A stretch of DNA of 63,709 nucleotides, the filler included, from Octopus bimaculoides (lineage: Eukaryota): the NCBI RefSeq assembly GCF_001194135.2. It is 4 parts of 4 records of this genome, joined end to end, with 100 filler letters (N's around TTAATTAATTAA, not from the genome) between each part and the next. Parts side by side here need not be neighbours in the genome. Positions count along the whole stretch, not along the records: positions 31,912 to 48,900 come from NC_068991.1; positions 49,001 to 60,226 come from NC_068984.1; 2 more parts are not named here. One strand, given 5' to 3'. Below the pieces are notes generated by a model, which was not told where the DNA came from, did not search any database, and worked only from the letters and a program-made list of their open reading frames with translations. The position numbers and the translations under genes are program-made. Shown here one piece after another: positions 38,250-52,213 of this stretch; the first letter of the stretch is position 1, and every line of letters starts with the position of its first letter.

Positions 38250-38827
38250 TTGATTATCTCCCCTTCTCATTTTAATCTGATCCCATTTGCTACCAAGAGA
38301 TTAATATACCTTCTCTTTCGTGAACTTGTTCAAATCAAGACAAACCACAGTTTCGCAACTTTAACAACACTTCCGACCACGCCAACGTGAAGGGCAAATG
38401 ATGTAGGTTGCACGGAAAAATCATTGTCAGTTAACGACGATGATTTTATCTTTCAGATTAATTGTGATGATCAACATGATGGCGTATTTCCATCGTTCGA
38501 CAATTGTTCAATCAACTTAATTACCTTTTTTTCTAAATTATCGTGTAATTGGCTGAGCATTCCACTGACACGTGTACTCTAGACGTAAGTCTGAAGCTGA
38601 CTCAGCAGACAAGGCCGTACCTTTCCAATTATATGTACAATCCAACCGACGGGCTTCTATACAGTTTCCGTTTACTCAATTTCACTCGGATCGACGCGAA
38701 GATATAAAAAAAAATTACAGTTGCCCAAGATACCGTGCTGTAAGAATGAACGCAGGATCTCGTGGTTGCGAAGCTACCTTCTTGATCATTCCGTTATACA
38801 ACGCCTACGGTAATCAGTTAAATTGCT

Positions 38828-40110
38828 AATGAAATTCCAAAGATCATAACCTTATCTGATTTGTTAAAACATTCAAAGGGAAAGTCAACTATTTGGGCAA
38901 TAATTGAAGCAACACAAACTGGTGACAGGAGAGATTCGACAAGTTGGAGTTATTTCTGCATAAAACAAAGGCATACAGTAAGTCGGACATCGTTCTACAA
39001 AGTGATCGAATCAACATTCCTTTTGCATCAGAAACGCAAGTACTAGACGTTGCCCATAAGTGCCATGCTGGAATGGAAAAAAGCAAAGCGACACCTAAGT
39101 AATCATTGTCAAAGATATAGAGTTGAAAATTAGGAATTGTTTGATCGATGTATCATTTGAACAGTCTGAGCCGTTGGAACTCTTACTAATGTCCACGACG
39201 CCAAGAGTCCACTATCCAATTGAGAAACATAGTTATGGTAGATGTCACATTATGTTGTGAAGGGCATGGCTCAGTGGTTAGAACATCGGGCTCACAATCA
39301 TGAGGTAGTGAGTTCGATTCCCGAACCGGGCTCTGTGTTGTGTTCTTGAGTATGACACTTTATTTCACGTTGCTCCAGTTCACTCAGCTATAGAAATGAG
39401 TTGCGACGTCACTGGTGCCAAGCTGTATCGGCTTTTGCCTTTCCTTTGGATAACATCAGTGCTGCGGTAAGGGGAGGCTGGTATGCATAGGCGACTGCTG
39501 GTCTTCTATAAACAACCTTGCCCGGACTTGTACCTTGAAGGGGAACTTCCAAGTTGCAACCTCATGGTCATTCATGACCGGGAGGGGTCTTTCCCCTTTA
39601 CTCTTTAACATCATGCTGCCTGGATTTATTTGTGAAATCGACTGAGACTTTGAATGTGATTAGTTGCATGGAATTACTTTCCACATCTTGAAGACTTGAG
39701 GAACCCCAAAAAGAATTGCTTTTAACAATGATCCACAGTTTATAAACTGTGATTTCAATGAGTGTTTAGAACAATGTGGTGTACCATATAAAAGAGAAAA
39801 TTATTCTATCAGAAAAATTCAATAGAACTATTTGGTAAAATAACATGACATATTCAAGAAAATAACACGACATCGATTCAAAATTCGGATATTTTACTAT
39901 TGTTTATCAACAAATATAGCCCCATCAGTTCTCTTAAATTGCCCTTTATTTCATAAATTTCATTAATGACAGTCTTGCAACAGACACAAAATTAGGTAAG
40001 ATACTAGAGATATCAATGCAAAATGTAGCATTATAATGCTCAAAATGCCAAGTATAGTTTGATATAGAAGTGGGTGATCATCTCATCGTGAAAAATTGAG
40101 AACTTATAAA
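38828..40110 (+). pseudogene. Decayed Gypsy-like pol (integrase) remnant, split by a family-D SINE
   Basis: DIVLQSDRINIPFASETQVLDVAHKCHAGMEKSK (zinc-binding region), KDIELKIRNCL, then after the SINE PKRIAFNNDPQFINCDFNECLEQCGV (core) and DIEVGD; many stops and frameshifts. Confidence 0.7.
39260..39597 (+). mobile_element. SINE family D inserted in the Gypsy remnant
   Basis: A box TGGCTCAGTGG, B box GTTCGATTCC; same subtype as 16246-16585. Confidence 0.85.
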
Positions 40111-40638
40111 AATCGATTTAAAAATATAGATACTAGCGTCGATTCGTTCGACTAAAACCATTCAAGTTGGTGCCCCAGTAAGGCCGCAGTCTGATAACAA
40201 AAAAAACAATTAAAAGATAAATAGATAAAATGAAACTAAAATTCACGATAATGTTGCATGCTTTTCCGATTTACATGATCCCTGAATCACGTGATTCAAC
40301 TCCACGATCAATGATCCATGCCCTTTAATATGGTTAAAAGTTAATAAAAGAAATTCAGTTACTCAACTGAATAAAGGTTCCGGAAGGAAAAGACCTCTTT
40401 GCAGCTACATTCTGTTTTAGATAAACACTTCATTTACAGAGAGACAACATTATTAGACGTTCAATAAACACATTACTGCACATTTTGCAGGAACTAATTT
40501 TGAAATTTAGTGAAGTGAAAAGAGAAGGAAGGAAAATTCCGAATGACCCGGCCTTGCTTTCTTTGTATCGTCTATCTGGATGTTTTGTTGACCCTTTCTT
40601 GTATCACCTAACTGTCTGGATATTTTGCGTTCCTGTCT

Positions 40639-40683
<45 letters not shown>

Positions 40684-41652
40684 GCTCAGAGCTGCGGCCA
40701 GGCTGATGCACCGCCGTTGAATAAAATCGTGGAGTCTTAGGTGTTTTCGCTCAATAAACACACACAACGCCCGGTCTGGAAATCGAAACCGAAATCCTCC
40801 GACTGCGAGTCCGCTGCCCTAACCACTNNNNNNNNNNNNNNNNNNNNNNNNNNNNNNNNNNNNNNNNNNNNNNNNNNNNNNNNNNNNNNNNNNNNNNNNN
40901 NNNNNNNNNNNNNNNNNNNNNNNNNNNNNNNNNNNNNNNNNNNNNNNNNNNNNNNNNNNNNNNNNNNNNNNNNNNNNNNNNNNNNNNNNNNNNNNNNNNN
41001 NNNNNNNNNNNNNNNNNNNNNNNNNNNNNNNNNNNNNNNNNNNNNNNNNNNNNNNNNNNNNNNNNNNNNNNNNNNNNNNNNNNNNNNNNNNNNNNNNNNN
41101 NNNNNNNNNNNNNNNNNNNNNNNNNNNNNNNNNNNNNNNNNNNNNNNNNNNNNNNNNNNNNNNNNNNNNNNNNNNNNNNNNNNNNNNNNNNNNNNNNNNN
41201 NNNNNNNNNNNNNNNNNNNNNNNNNNNNNNNNNNNNNNNNNNNNNNNNNNNNNNNNNNNNNNNNNNNNNNNNNNNNNNNNNNNNNNNNNNNNNNNNNNNN
41301 NNNNNNNNNNNNNNNNNNNNNNNNNNNNNNNNNNNNNNNNNNNNNNNNNNNNNNNNNNNNNNNNNNNNNNNNNNNNNNNNNNNNNNNNNNNNNNNNNNNN
41401 NNNNNNNNNNNNNNNNNNNNNNNNNNNNNNNNNNNNNNNNNNNNNNNNNNNNNNNNNNNNNNNNNNNNNNNNNNNNNNNNNNNNNNNNNNNNNNNNNNNN
41501 NNNNNNNNNNNNNNNNNNNNNNNNNNNNNNNNNNNNNNNNNNNNNNNNNNNNNNNNNNNNNNNNNNNNNNNNNNNNNAATACTATGAAGAATAAGTGTAT
41601 TAGAAACCAACAAATAGTTACTAGTGCAGCTACGTCAAAACAGAATCATAAA

Positions 41653-41711
<59 letters not shown>

Positions 41712-41796
41712 TATCTATGTATGTATGTAAGAAGAAGAAGAAGAATGAGGGGAAAAGTCCTAAGAAGAAAAAATGAATGTAAAAAGTAAAACGAAA

Positions 41797-41831
<35 letters not shown>

Positions 41832-41958
41832 AACAGTGATGGCAGCGGTTGCGGAGACAGCGGTTGCGGAAGCTAACGCGACGGCGGTGGTGGTGGCGGC
41901 GGTGTTAGTGATGATGATGGTGATGGTGGTGTTGGTGGTGCTGGTGGTAATGATGATT

Positions 41959-42003
<45 letters not shown>

Positions 42004-43640
42004 AGGGTGGTGTTTGTAGTTGTAGTAAAGTAAGGAGAAGGATATTGTGGGACGTGGAAGAGGAGGAAGACGTCTCTGAAGAGACGGGGCGAGAAAGTGG
42101 TTTCCAAACTGCGTAAATGACGAATCCGTGATAAATGGACGTGTCTTAAAAAGATTGGTTTTAATACAAACATGAAAGAAAAATAACGTAAGAACGAAAG
42201 CAGTACAAAACGATAAGACGCAAGATAAGAAGGAAAGGAAGAAGAAAGATAAAGCAAAACAAAAAAAAAGAAAGTAACGAAAGAAATAAAGAAACAGTGA
42301 GTGGACGCACTAACTGTCCAAGTGGTGACCAAACAAAAGCAAAAATTATTAATTTTTGCTTTTATTAAAGGCGACTACTTTTAGTGCTATTGTTTAGTCA
42401 ATAGTAGCTGGACACTAATGGCCAGCGGGCAGTCAGAATCTCCGTCTGAGCACAGAATATTCTACTTGGACAGCAGGTGTCCTTCAATTATTGTCCGTCG
42501 TCCAGCCTCGGTAAAAGCGAATGGTGATTGTAAACTTATGTGTGATTTCAAGACCGGCTATAGACTGAGAGGTCAGTACGGCACAAATATGTCACTTTAT
42601 TATTGGATCGCTGTTCAGTCAAGCATGAAAGGAAAAGTGTTCCAGACATTTCTGGTCAGCTTCAAGAGAAATAATCCAAAAACATTATATATACATATAT
42701 ATACATATATAACAAAAAAAAATATGGGCACCACCCACTGGAGAAACAAAAGAAAAAAAAAGATACATTCAAACATGAGAATGAATAAAAAAAAATACTA
42801 AAACAAAATACAATAAATAAACTATCTTTTAATAGCGATTTCTGGCTTAGTAACGAGGCCACACATTTATCTAGAGGGTGGAAGAGGGGGGAAATAATTG
42901 ATTATATATATTTCTATCTGGATGCACAGCCAGAAATTTCGTAGGGCGATTAACTCGACCCCAGTATATTCCTGGTACTTCATTTTATCGACTCCGAAAG
43001 AATGAAATGCAAAGTCAACCTCGGGTGGGATTCCAACTCAGAGAGCAAAGGGATGTTAGTAAATACTGCAAGGTACTTTATTTCGCTGTTCTACCGATTC
43101 TACCATTTTAGCAACTTCGAAGTATTTACCTTTCTTTTACTTGTTTCACTCACTGGACTGCAGTCATCCTGGGACACCGCCTTGAAGCGTTCAGTTGAGC
43201 AAATCGACCCTAGTACTTATTTATTTATTTATTTATTCCTTAAGCCTGGTATTTTTTCTATTGGTCTCTTTTACAGAACTGCTATGTTACGGGGACGTAA
43301 ACGAACCAACAGCGGTTGTCAAGCGGTAAGGTGGGGCCAGCACAAGCAGAGAGATACCATTACACACGCACATTATATACACACACATATGCACACATAC
43401 AGCCAAATTCATTCCCAAGGTTATGGTAGACCCGGGACTCTGTTAGTAGGATTTTAAATTTTATGGTTTACTCTTTAGCATTTAAACCGGTAATATCTGG
43501 CCAAATTATTTTATCTGTTTTATGTTCATACTGGCTAGTTCCATCCTCTTACACCTAGCCTACAATGTCATTCTAAAAATAAACAATCACATCTCTAAGC
43601 TACATGATAATGCATGACTTATGCAAAACAATGAATAGAT

Positions 43641-44199
43641 AAGTTCCGGGACTAGTTCTGTAGCGCGCCAACAGATGCTCGTGGGCATATGGCGTAGTGC
43701 ATCGAGAATTCGGTCCCTTAGGGACAGACTTTCAATCTAGAGTTCTACTGCGACGTTTTCAAGCGTTCGAAGGAGGACATTCGGCGAAAGCGACCGGATC
43801 TGTGGAGTGCGAAGAATTGGATTCTTCACGACGGCAATGTACCCTGTCACCGAGCTCTTCTCACTCGTGAGTTTCTCTCCAAAAACAACATGGCGTCGCT
43901 TCCGCACTCACCCCATTCGACTGATTTAGCACCTGTGAACTTCCATCTCTTCCCCAAGATGAAAAGGCAGCTCAAAGGTCGCCGTTTTAACACCGTTGTC
44001 GAGAAAAAGAGCGAATCGCAGAAGGTCCTCAACTCGCTTACGGAAAACGACTTCCAGGTGGGATTCCAAAACCGATAGGAACGCTGGAACCAGTGTACTG
44101 CTGCGCAAGGTGACTATTTTGAAGATGGTGCTAAAACTTAGGTTAAGTTATTTTTTATTAAACATAACTAGTCCGGGAACCTTTCGATATCACTTCGTA
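43641..44199 (+). mobile_element. Internally deleted mariner transposon with transposase C-terminus
   Basis: GVVHREF..., WILHDGNVPCH, PHSPHSTDLAPVNFHLFPKMKRQLKGRRF (degenerate YSPDLAP), ERWNQCTAAQGDYFE; partial left TIR AAGTTCCGGGACTAGT; right TIR ACTAGTCCGGGAACCTTTCGATATCACTTCG ending in TA. Confidence 0.9.
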
Positions 44200-44820
44200 T
44201 ATATATATAATACACGATGAGCTTCTTTCAGTTTCCATCTTTCAAATCCACTCACAAACCTTTGGTCGGCTCGAGGCTATAGTAGAAGACACTTGCCCAA
44301 GGTGCCAGACAGTGGGACTGAACCCGGAACCATCTGGTTGCGAAGCAAATTTCTTACCATACAGCCACGCCTGAGCCTATTGCTGTATAAATTTATAAAT
44401 GATCACATTGTTTAATAATGTTAAAAATTTCGTTTATGTCTCTGATATCTTTCCATAATTTAGGCTCCTTTTAAGTTATTTGAAATGTTCAACTGTTTTG
44501 AAGAGATTTCTTTATTTTTAAGACTTCGGTTATGTCTCCGATGTTGTTCCATAGACACTATTGTTTTCGTATTAAGCAGAATTACACCACTATAGCACAG
44601 AATACTTTGTTCTAACAGAACATCCACGTTCAAGTGGGGATAAGTATTACCTTGGTATTAATACTGTATCTGTCGCCAGTATAAAGAAGTACAGTATATA
44701 CTCGCTGATAAGTGGCACCAGTGGATAGGTCACACCCTTAGTTTGGAGTTATCAAAGTAGTTATTTGCGGTTGATTCGCAGATAGGTCGCACTAGGGGAT
44801 TACACTGGCCCCTTTATAAT

Positions 44821-45203
44821 GTAGCTGTGTGGTAAGTAGCTTGCTTACCAACCACATGGGTCCGGGTTCAGTCCCACTGCGTGGCCCTTTGGGCAAGTGT
44901 CTTCTACTATAGCCTCGGGCCGACCAAAGCCTTGTGAGTGGATTTGGTAGACGGAAACTGAAAGAAGACCGTCGTATATATGCATATAATTATATGTATA
45001 TGTGTTTGTGTTTGTCCCCCCCAACATCGCTTGACAACCGATGCTGGTGTGTTTACGTCCCCGTAACTTAGCGGTTCGGCAAGAGAGACCGATAGAATAA
45101 GTACTAGGCTTACAAAGAATAAATCCTGAGGTCGATTTGCTTGACTAAAGTCAGTGCTCCAGCATGGCCGCAGTCAAATGACTGAAACAAGTAAAAGGGT
45201 AAA
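44821..45203 (+). mobile_element. SINE family A, type copy
   Basis: tRNA-like head (GCTGTGTGGTAAG, GGTTCAGTCCC), GGGCAAGTGTCTTCTACTATAGCC block, internal microsatellite, CCAGCATGGCCGCAGTCAAATGACTGAAACAAGTAAAAG tail; also ~43130-43430(-), 44215-44372(-), 45630-46002(+), 30495-30690(-), 13672-13812(-), 15118-15270(+). Confidence 0.9.
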
Positions 45204-47014
45204 TATTCACCTTTATTTCAAAACTTTGCTTTCAAATATTATAACATTTTTGCAGAAGTGACTTTACGAAAGTAGTCTAATTGATATATCAACTCGACTT
45301 CTGATATGCCGCCGTCTATTTCTGATCCTTGTGATGTTGAGTGGATAGGTCGCACCCCTGAGTATCCGCGAGTATATACAGTGTGACAATTTTTAATATG
45401 TACAAGGTTTTAAATTTTGGAAGGAGCTAAAGAAAAACTGTCAGCGCAATCGACCCCACTTCTAGACTGGTGCTATATTTTCCCATGCAGAGCCACAGAC
45501 TCTTAACACCTTCATGGAGTGTGTATATGGCATAGTTAGATCTGACGGAGCACATTCTTGTCCAAAACTGCCCGAAGTCGATTTCTTCCAAAAGAAGAGA
45601 AAGAGACTGAAAGAAAAAGTTTGGCGCTGGCATGGCTGTGTGTAAAAAGTTTCCTCCCCAACCGCATGTTCAATCCCGCTGCGTTGCACCTTCGGCGAGG
45701 ATTTTTTTTGCTATAGCCCTGAGCTGACCAAAGCCTTGTGAACGGGTTTAGAAAATGAAAACCGAAAGAAACCCGTTACTGTATGCGGGTGTGTGTCTTT
45801 GTCGCCCACGTCACCACCTGATAACTGGTGTTAGTTTGTCGATGTCCCCATAACTTAGCCTTTCGGCATAAAAAAAAACCGATAGAATAAGTACTAGGCT
45901 TCAAAACCTAAGTACCGGGCTCGGTTCGTTCAACTAATTTCTTTCAAGGCGGTGCTACAGCGTGGCCGCAATCCAGTGCTTCGAACAAGTAAAAGACAAA
46001 AGAAAAGCAAGAGAAGAACCGACTCCAGTACAAGATTGGTACTTTATTTATCGACCCTCGAAAAAACTGAAAGTTAACCGTGATGAGAGTTAACCTTGAT
46101 GAGATTCGAAAGTTGACTTTGATGAAATTCGAACTCAGAGCGCAGGGATTTAGAATCATTATTGCAAAGCAGTTTGTCCTATGCCTTAACGATTCTGCAA
46201 GCCCACCAACACCGGTTAACAAACGGTGGTGGTGGTGGCGGTGGTAGCGGTGGCGTTGGTGGTGGTGGGGNNNNNNNNNNNNNNNNNNNNNNNNNNNNNN
46301 NNNNNNNNNNNNNNNNNNNNNNNNNNNNNNNNNNNNNNNNNNNNNNNNNNNNNNNNNNNNNNNNNNNNNNNNNNNNNNNNNNNNNNNNNNNNNNNNNNNN
46401 NNNNNNNNNNNNNNNNNNNNNNNNNNNNNNNNNNNNNNNNNNNNNNNNNNNNNNNNNNNNNNNNNNNNNNNNNNNNNNNNNNNNNNNNNNNNNNNNNNNN
46501 NNNNNNNNNNNNNNNNNNNNNNNNNNNNNNNNNNNNNNNNNNNNNNNNNNNNNNNNNNNNNNNNNNNNNNNNNNNNNNNNNNNNNNNNNNNNNNNNNNNN
46601 NNNNNNNNNNNNNNNNNNNNNNNNNNNNNNNNNNNNNNNNNNNNNNNNNNNNNNNNNNNNNNNNNNNNNNNNNNNNNNNNNNNNNNNNNNNNNNNNNNNN
46701 NNNNNNNNNNNNNNNNNNNNNNNNNNNNNNNNNNNNNNNNNNNNNNNNNNNNNNNNNNNNNNNNNNNNNNNNNNNNNNNNNNNNNNNNNNNNNNNNNNNN
46801 NNNNNNNNNNNNNNNNNNNNNNNNNNNNNNNNNNNNNNNNNNNNNNNNNNNNNNNNNNNNNNNNNNNNNNNNNNNNNNNNNNNNNNNNNNNNNNNNNNNN
46901 NNNNNNNNNNNNNNNNNNNNNNNNNNNNNNNAAAAGAATGTGTTTATTTATAGTTTTGAATAGTGATGACAAAAGTCGCATTCAATTTTTTCCTGTGAAT
47001 TTATAATAATCCTT

Positions 47015-47215
47015 TCTCCTATAGGTACAAGACCTGAAATTTTGGGGGAGAGAGCTAATCGATTGCATCGACCCTAATACGTGACTGTACTTATTTCATC
47101 GACCTCGAAAGGATCTCGGCGGATTTTGAACTCAGAAGGTAAGGATGGACGAAATGCTGCTAAGCCTTGCCTTTTGCCCGGCATGCTAACGATTCTGCCA
47201 GCTCACTGCCTTATA
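47015..47215 (-). mobile_element. SINE family C
   Basis: Same blocks as 2378-2600 with CpGs retained; also ~37490-37620, 42925-43110, 46020-46205, and 54705-54910 on +. Confidence 0.75.
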
Positions 47216-47222
47216 TGAATTT

Positions 47223-47268
<46 letters not shown>

Positions 47269-48194
47269 TAATAGTGTGTGTTTATACACCACCACATCTT
47301 GACAACCAATGTTAGTTTGTTTGCATTCCCGTAAAACAGCAGTTCGACAAGAAGAGATCGATAGAATAAGTACCAGACTTTTAACAGAATTAAGTACTCG
47401 GGTCGATTTCTCCGACTGAAACTTTGAAGCAAAAGATAAAAGATATTCTTAAGACTCACCTGTATTACCTGTGATTTTGAGCAAGTTACACTGTCCTGTG
47501 AACCAATATAATTTCTTGATATTCAAACAGAAAGTTGCTCTTTTTTTCATTTAGTTAAAAACATTCAAAAACATCGTTAAACTGGTGTAACACTGACCAT
47601 GATAACATGTTAAAAGCTAAAAGAATTATTGCCCTTACCTTTATACTTTTCAGTAAGACTGAGAGCCTAAAATACTTATTTCCTGGTCTTGTCCATCACT
47701 CATTCAGTCTCATTATTTATATTTATATATACGTCTTCGTCTTCCCAGGTTGAGTCCGTATCAGTTGTTCATTGTGCTTAGAGCTGTACAACCTTAACTT
47801 CTATATGGCCAACAGGAATCACAGGTCATACGTAAAGCTATTGTTGTTGTAAAAAATTTCTGCTTAATAAAATACATTTTCTATCCTCCAGTAATACAGT
47901 TCAGTAGATAGATGTAATGCATCTTAAACAAAATTTAATTAATGATGGCGACACAAACAAACTTGGAGACAAATAAAATCACTTATGACGTCACATGACG
48001 TCAAAACAAAGCTAACCTTAATGCTATAAATAATGTTGACTTCTTTTCGTTCTAATTATCATTCATTATTAATGTTAGATAGTAATTTTTAACAGATAAA
48101 AACGTCAACGAAATATTCGAAGGAAATAAAATAATATCGAATTAATAAAATATTCAAATGAAGGAAATTTTAATCAAAAGGTTTTTGAATTCTA

Positions 48195-48321
48195 CAGGGT
48201 GTCCACAAAGTTTGGGTACATGGAGTAAATAAAATCATAACATAAACAATTAAATATAAGAAATAATAATTTCTTAAATCATGTGTTAATCTCCATGTAT
48301 CCAGACTTTGTGGATACCCTG
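48195..48321. mobile_element. Tc1/mariner-type MITE, 127 bp
   Basis: 31-bp TIRs CAGGGTGTCCACAAAGTTTGGGTACATGGAG with 3 mismatches, TA on both sides, AT-rich spacer. Confidence 0.85.
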
Positions 48322-48900
48322 TAGAGATGTACTTTCCAGGCAAGCAATTTAATCTGAGATCGTACGTTGAAACTAAAACGATTGCAACGTGGAAGAGACA
48401 TATTAACCACTCAGAAACACATAAAGACTGTTTACATGGTGTCAACATTTTCGTCGCTCGAAACTGCGACCTGGTCATTGACAACATTGCAGAATGGCTA
48501 ATGTGTCTTCCACGTGGCAATCGATTTAGTTCCAACACACAGCCTCAAACGAGACCTCTTTCCTGACAGGTAATCCTCTGTAATTCCGATAGCTCCAGCC
48601 AGACTACCAAAATTTTGAGGAAAACTGTTACTTGTTGCTCGAAATCAGCAACTATGCAACAACTTCACTACATTAAACACTGCATCTCAATGAGGATTTG
48701 AATTTGTTTTGTCAGAATTTTAATCTGAAAATCGAGTTGAAACCAATATTGTTATATTTAGGAATAGTAATAATTAATCAATCAAGCCTATAAACAAACA
48801 TAAGTGAAATATAGACAGGCAACAACTGGGGTGACTTTATGAAATTTGACTCTTCCTTATAAAACAATATTGATCAAATAAAAATATTGAAAAATAAATT

Positions 48901-49000
48901 NNNNNNNNNNNNNNNNNNNNNNNNNNNNNNNNNNNNNNNNNNNNTTAATTAATTAANNNNNNNNNNNNNNNNNNNNNNNNNNNNNNNNNNNNNNNNNNNN
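48901..49000. other. Artificial scaffold linker
   Basis: N44-TTAATTAATTAA(48945-48956)-N44. Confidence 0.95.
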
Positions 49001-50073
49001 ATATATATACGCACACTTATAAATGCATATATTACAAAGTCATTTATAACGAGGATAAGCATCGAAATGAGGAGTAGATAGGCAGCCGACAACTAATGAA
49101 GGGTCCTTTCTCTGTGTTTACTTGTCATGTTCTCCATTTTTTCTCTCATTATATGCGTATATTACTAAGTTATTTATAACGGGGAGAAGCTTGACTGGAA
49201 TCCAAAATCGAAACAGAATTCTGGAGTCACTGTATTTCGCATTTACTTCGATATTAAAGTGCTTAGCACGGTCGTACAGAATATGATTTTGCATTAGATC
49301 TACCTGCGTTTCTAGAATTATACAACGGAACTGATCAAACTCAAAATCGAACATAGTGGTACTCCAGTTAACAATGTATAGTAATAGAATTAAATACCAA
49401 AATACATTTAGGAAGTTGTTCTGTGCTTTCCGCTTCTCTCACTCTTACTAACATGTGGAAGCAATTTTCAATGAAGGTAATTGAGTGAGGCAAGACAAAA
49501 TTATCGGAATTAATAGATCTTGCCTTCCGTCAATTAAAGATGTGCGTCTATGTAAATATTCGACTTCAAATCACGGTATTTTCTATGATATACTGCCATG
49601 GAAATATTAGTTTTTGACATACGTCCAAATGTTTCAAGTTTTGGAACTTTGCAAACTTTGCCGAAGCATTGCATACTTCCTTTCAATAAAATCATTAGAT
49701 GTTATTTTTCTGAATATCGATGAATTTAATTAGTGACTAATAACACAAGTGGATTAATACACTAGAGAGTTAGATGACGTATATCTAATTCAACGTGTTA
49801 GCTGCTGTCATTTGTATGTCATATTCAGGGAGATTGCAGCGTCTCAAACAATAAAGGAATTAGTAACTATATTATTAGTCGATTAGATTGTCTCGTATGT
49901 TTATTCAATTAAACTTTTGGCAAAAGGGAAAAAAATTGAGTAGAATAGTACACACAAACACAGACACACACACACACACATACACACACTCATACAAACA
50001 TACACAAACGTATCCTAACGTATATATGCATATATCTCTTTATATACGAATATATATATATATATGTCTGTGT

Positions 50074-50130
<57 letters not shown>

Positions 50131-51153
50131 NNNNNNNNNNNNNNNNNNNNNNNNNNNNNNNNNNNNNNNNNNNNNNNNNNNNNNNNNNNNNNNNNNNNNN
50201 NNNNNNNNNNNNNNNNNNNNNNNNNNNNNNNNNNNNNNNNNNNNNNNNNNNNNNNNNNNNNNNNNNNNNNNNNNNNNNNNNNNNNNNNNNNNNNNNNNNN
50301 NNNNNNNNNNNNNNNNNNNNNNNNNNNNNNNNNNNNNNNNNNNNNNNNNNNNNNNNNNNNNNNNNNNNNNNNNNNNNNNNNNNNNNNNNNNNNNNNNNNN
50401 NNNNNNNNNNNNNNNNNNNNNNNNNNNNNNNNNNNNNNNNNNNNNNNNNNNNNNNNNNNNNNNNNNNNNNNNNNNNNNNNNNNNNNNNNNNNNNNNNNNN
50501 NNNNNNNNNNNNNNNNNNNNNNNNNNNNNNNNNNNNNNNNNNNNNNNNNNNNNNNNNNNNNNNNNNNNNNNNNNNNNNNNNNNNNNNNNNNNNNNNNNNN
50601 NNNNNNNNNNNNNNNNNNNNNNNNNNNNNNNNNNNNNNNNNNNNNNNNNNNNNNNNNTATATATATATATATATTATACATTTATATATTATCTACTGCA
50701 CCTACTCAATGTACGTGCTTTCCCCTCAAAGCACCGGGTGTTAACACTCCTCAAAGTCCTAGATAGGTGAAGCAACTGCCCCCTAATCTCATTCAGGAAT
50801 GATGCATGCCAATACTTCTTCGCTTTTGTGAATTATCAGCATCACGCACTTAAACTCGTTTTACACCATTTGTTTATAGTCCGTGACTGGTGACTCGGTT
50901 CGCATCAACTACATCATGTTGATAATCCATAAAACTGGAGAAATATCGATATCCATTTCTCCTGAATGGGATTACGGGTGAGTTGTCTCGGCTGTCTCTG
51001 ACTTTCAGGAGTTTGAACACCTATGTGTTTGAGGGAGCCATTCCCACCGCTTAATTCGCAGCCTACAAGCGAACAAGCTAAACACATACATTTAGCAAGT
51101 GCGGTCGATAATGTTTACAACACTAGCATTGCTTCCAATTCATAACTGTGTGT

Positions 51154-51191
<38 letters not shown>

Positions 51192-52213
51192 ATATATTTA
51201 TTTCTTTGTTGCCCACAAGGGGCTAAACATAGAGGGGACAAACAAGGACAGACAAAGGGATTAAGTCGATTACNNNNNNNNNNNNNNNNNNNNNNNNNNN
51301 NNNNNNNNNNNNNNNNNNNNNNNNNNNNNNNNNNNNNNNNNNNNNNNNNNNNNNNNNNNNNNNNNNNNNNNNNNNNNNNNNNNNNNNNNNNNNNNNNNNN
51401 NNNNNNNNNNNNNNNNNNNNNNNNNNNNNNNNNNNNNNNNNNNNNNNNNNNNNNNNNNNNNNNNNNNNNNNNNNNNNNNNNNNNNNNNNNNNNNNNNNNN
51501 NNNNNNNNNNNNNNNNNNNNNNNNNNNNNNNNNNNNNNNNNNNNNCATTACAATCCTCTCTATTATAGACACAAGGACTGAAATTTTGTGGGAAGGGGCT
51601 AGTCGATATCATCGACTACAATGCTCAACTAGCTCTCATTTCATGAAGATAAAGAAGGTATAATTTGTATCAATAGTAGATTTCCGGTTTGGGCAGAATA
51701 ACAAAAATGGACGTGTGAACATATTTGTCTGTTAAATGTAAATTATATCGAATAACATACCAAAATTTTAAACAGTTCCAGTTTTTTTTTTTTTTTTCAA
51801 GTAACGGGTGTAAAATTTTAAAAGAGCCAAAATTTTTTTAAGTGTGGCTAGCATTTTGGATAAACAAGTATGAAATAATTTTTTTGATATAAGCAAAAAG
51901 AACGAATGATCCCTGTAAGTAAAATATACATTACTTACCTAACATTAAGCGTATTACACACAGGATCAGTACGTACAAAATACAGAGTTTAACATGTGTG
52001 CGAAGTGGAGAACGAAATACAGAAGAGATAAATTTTAAATAAATGAAAAATATGTTGAAACGAACATTTGAATAGAAATAAAGCAAATACAATCGAAATC
52101 AAACCAATAGTTTGTTAAAACAAGTCCAGAGGTATTTTAATCAACAACAAAATATTATCGACTAGTCCAGGAATATTATGGATTTTAAATGGTATGTTTA
52201 CTAAAATAATGTA

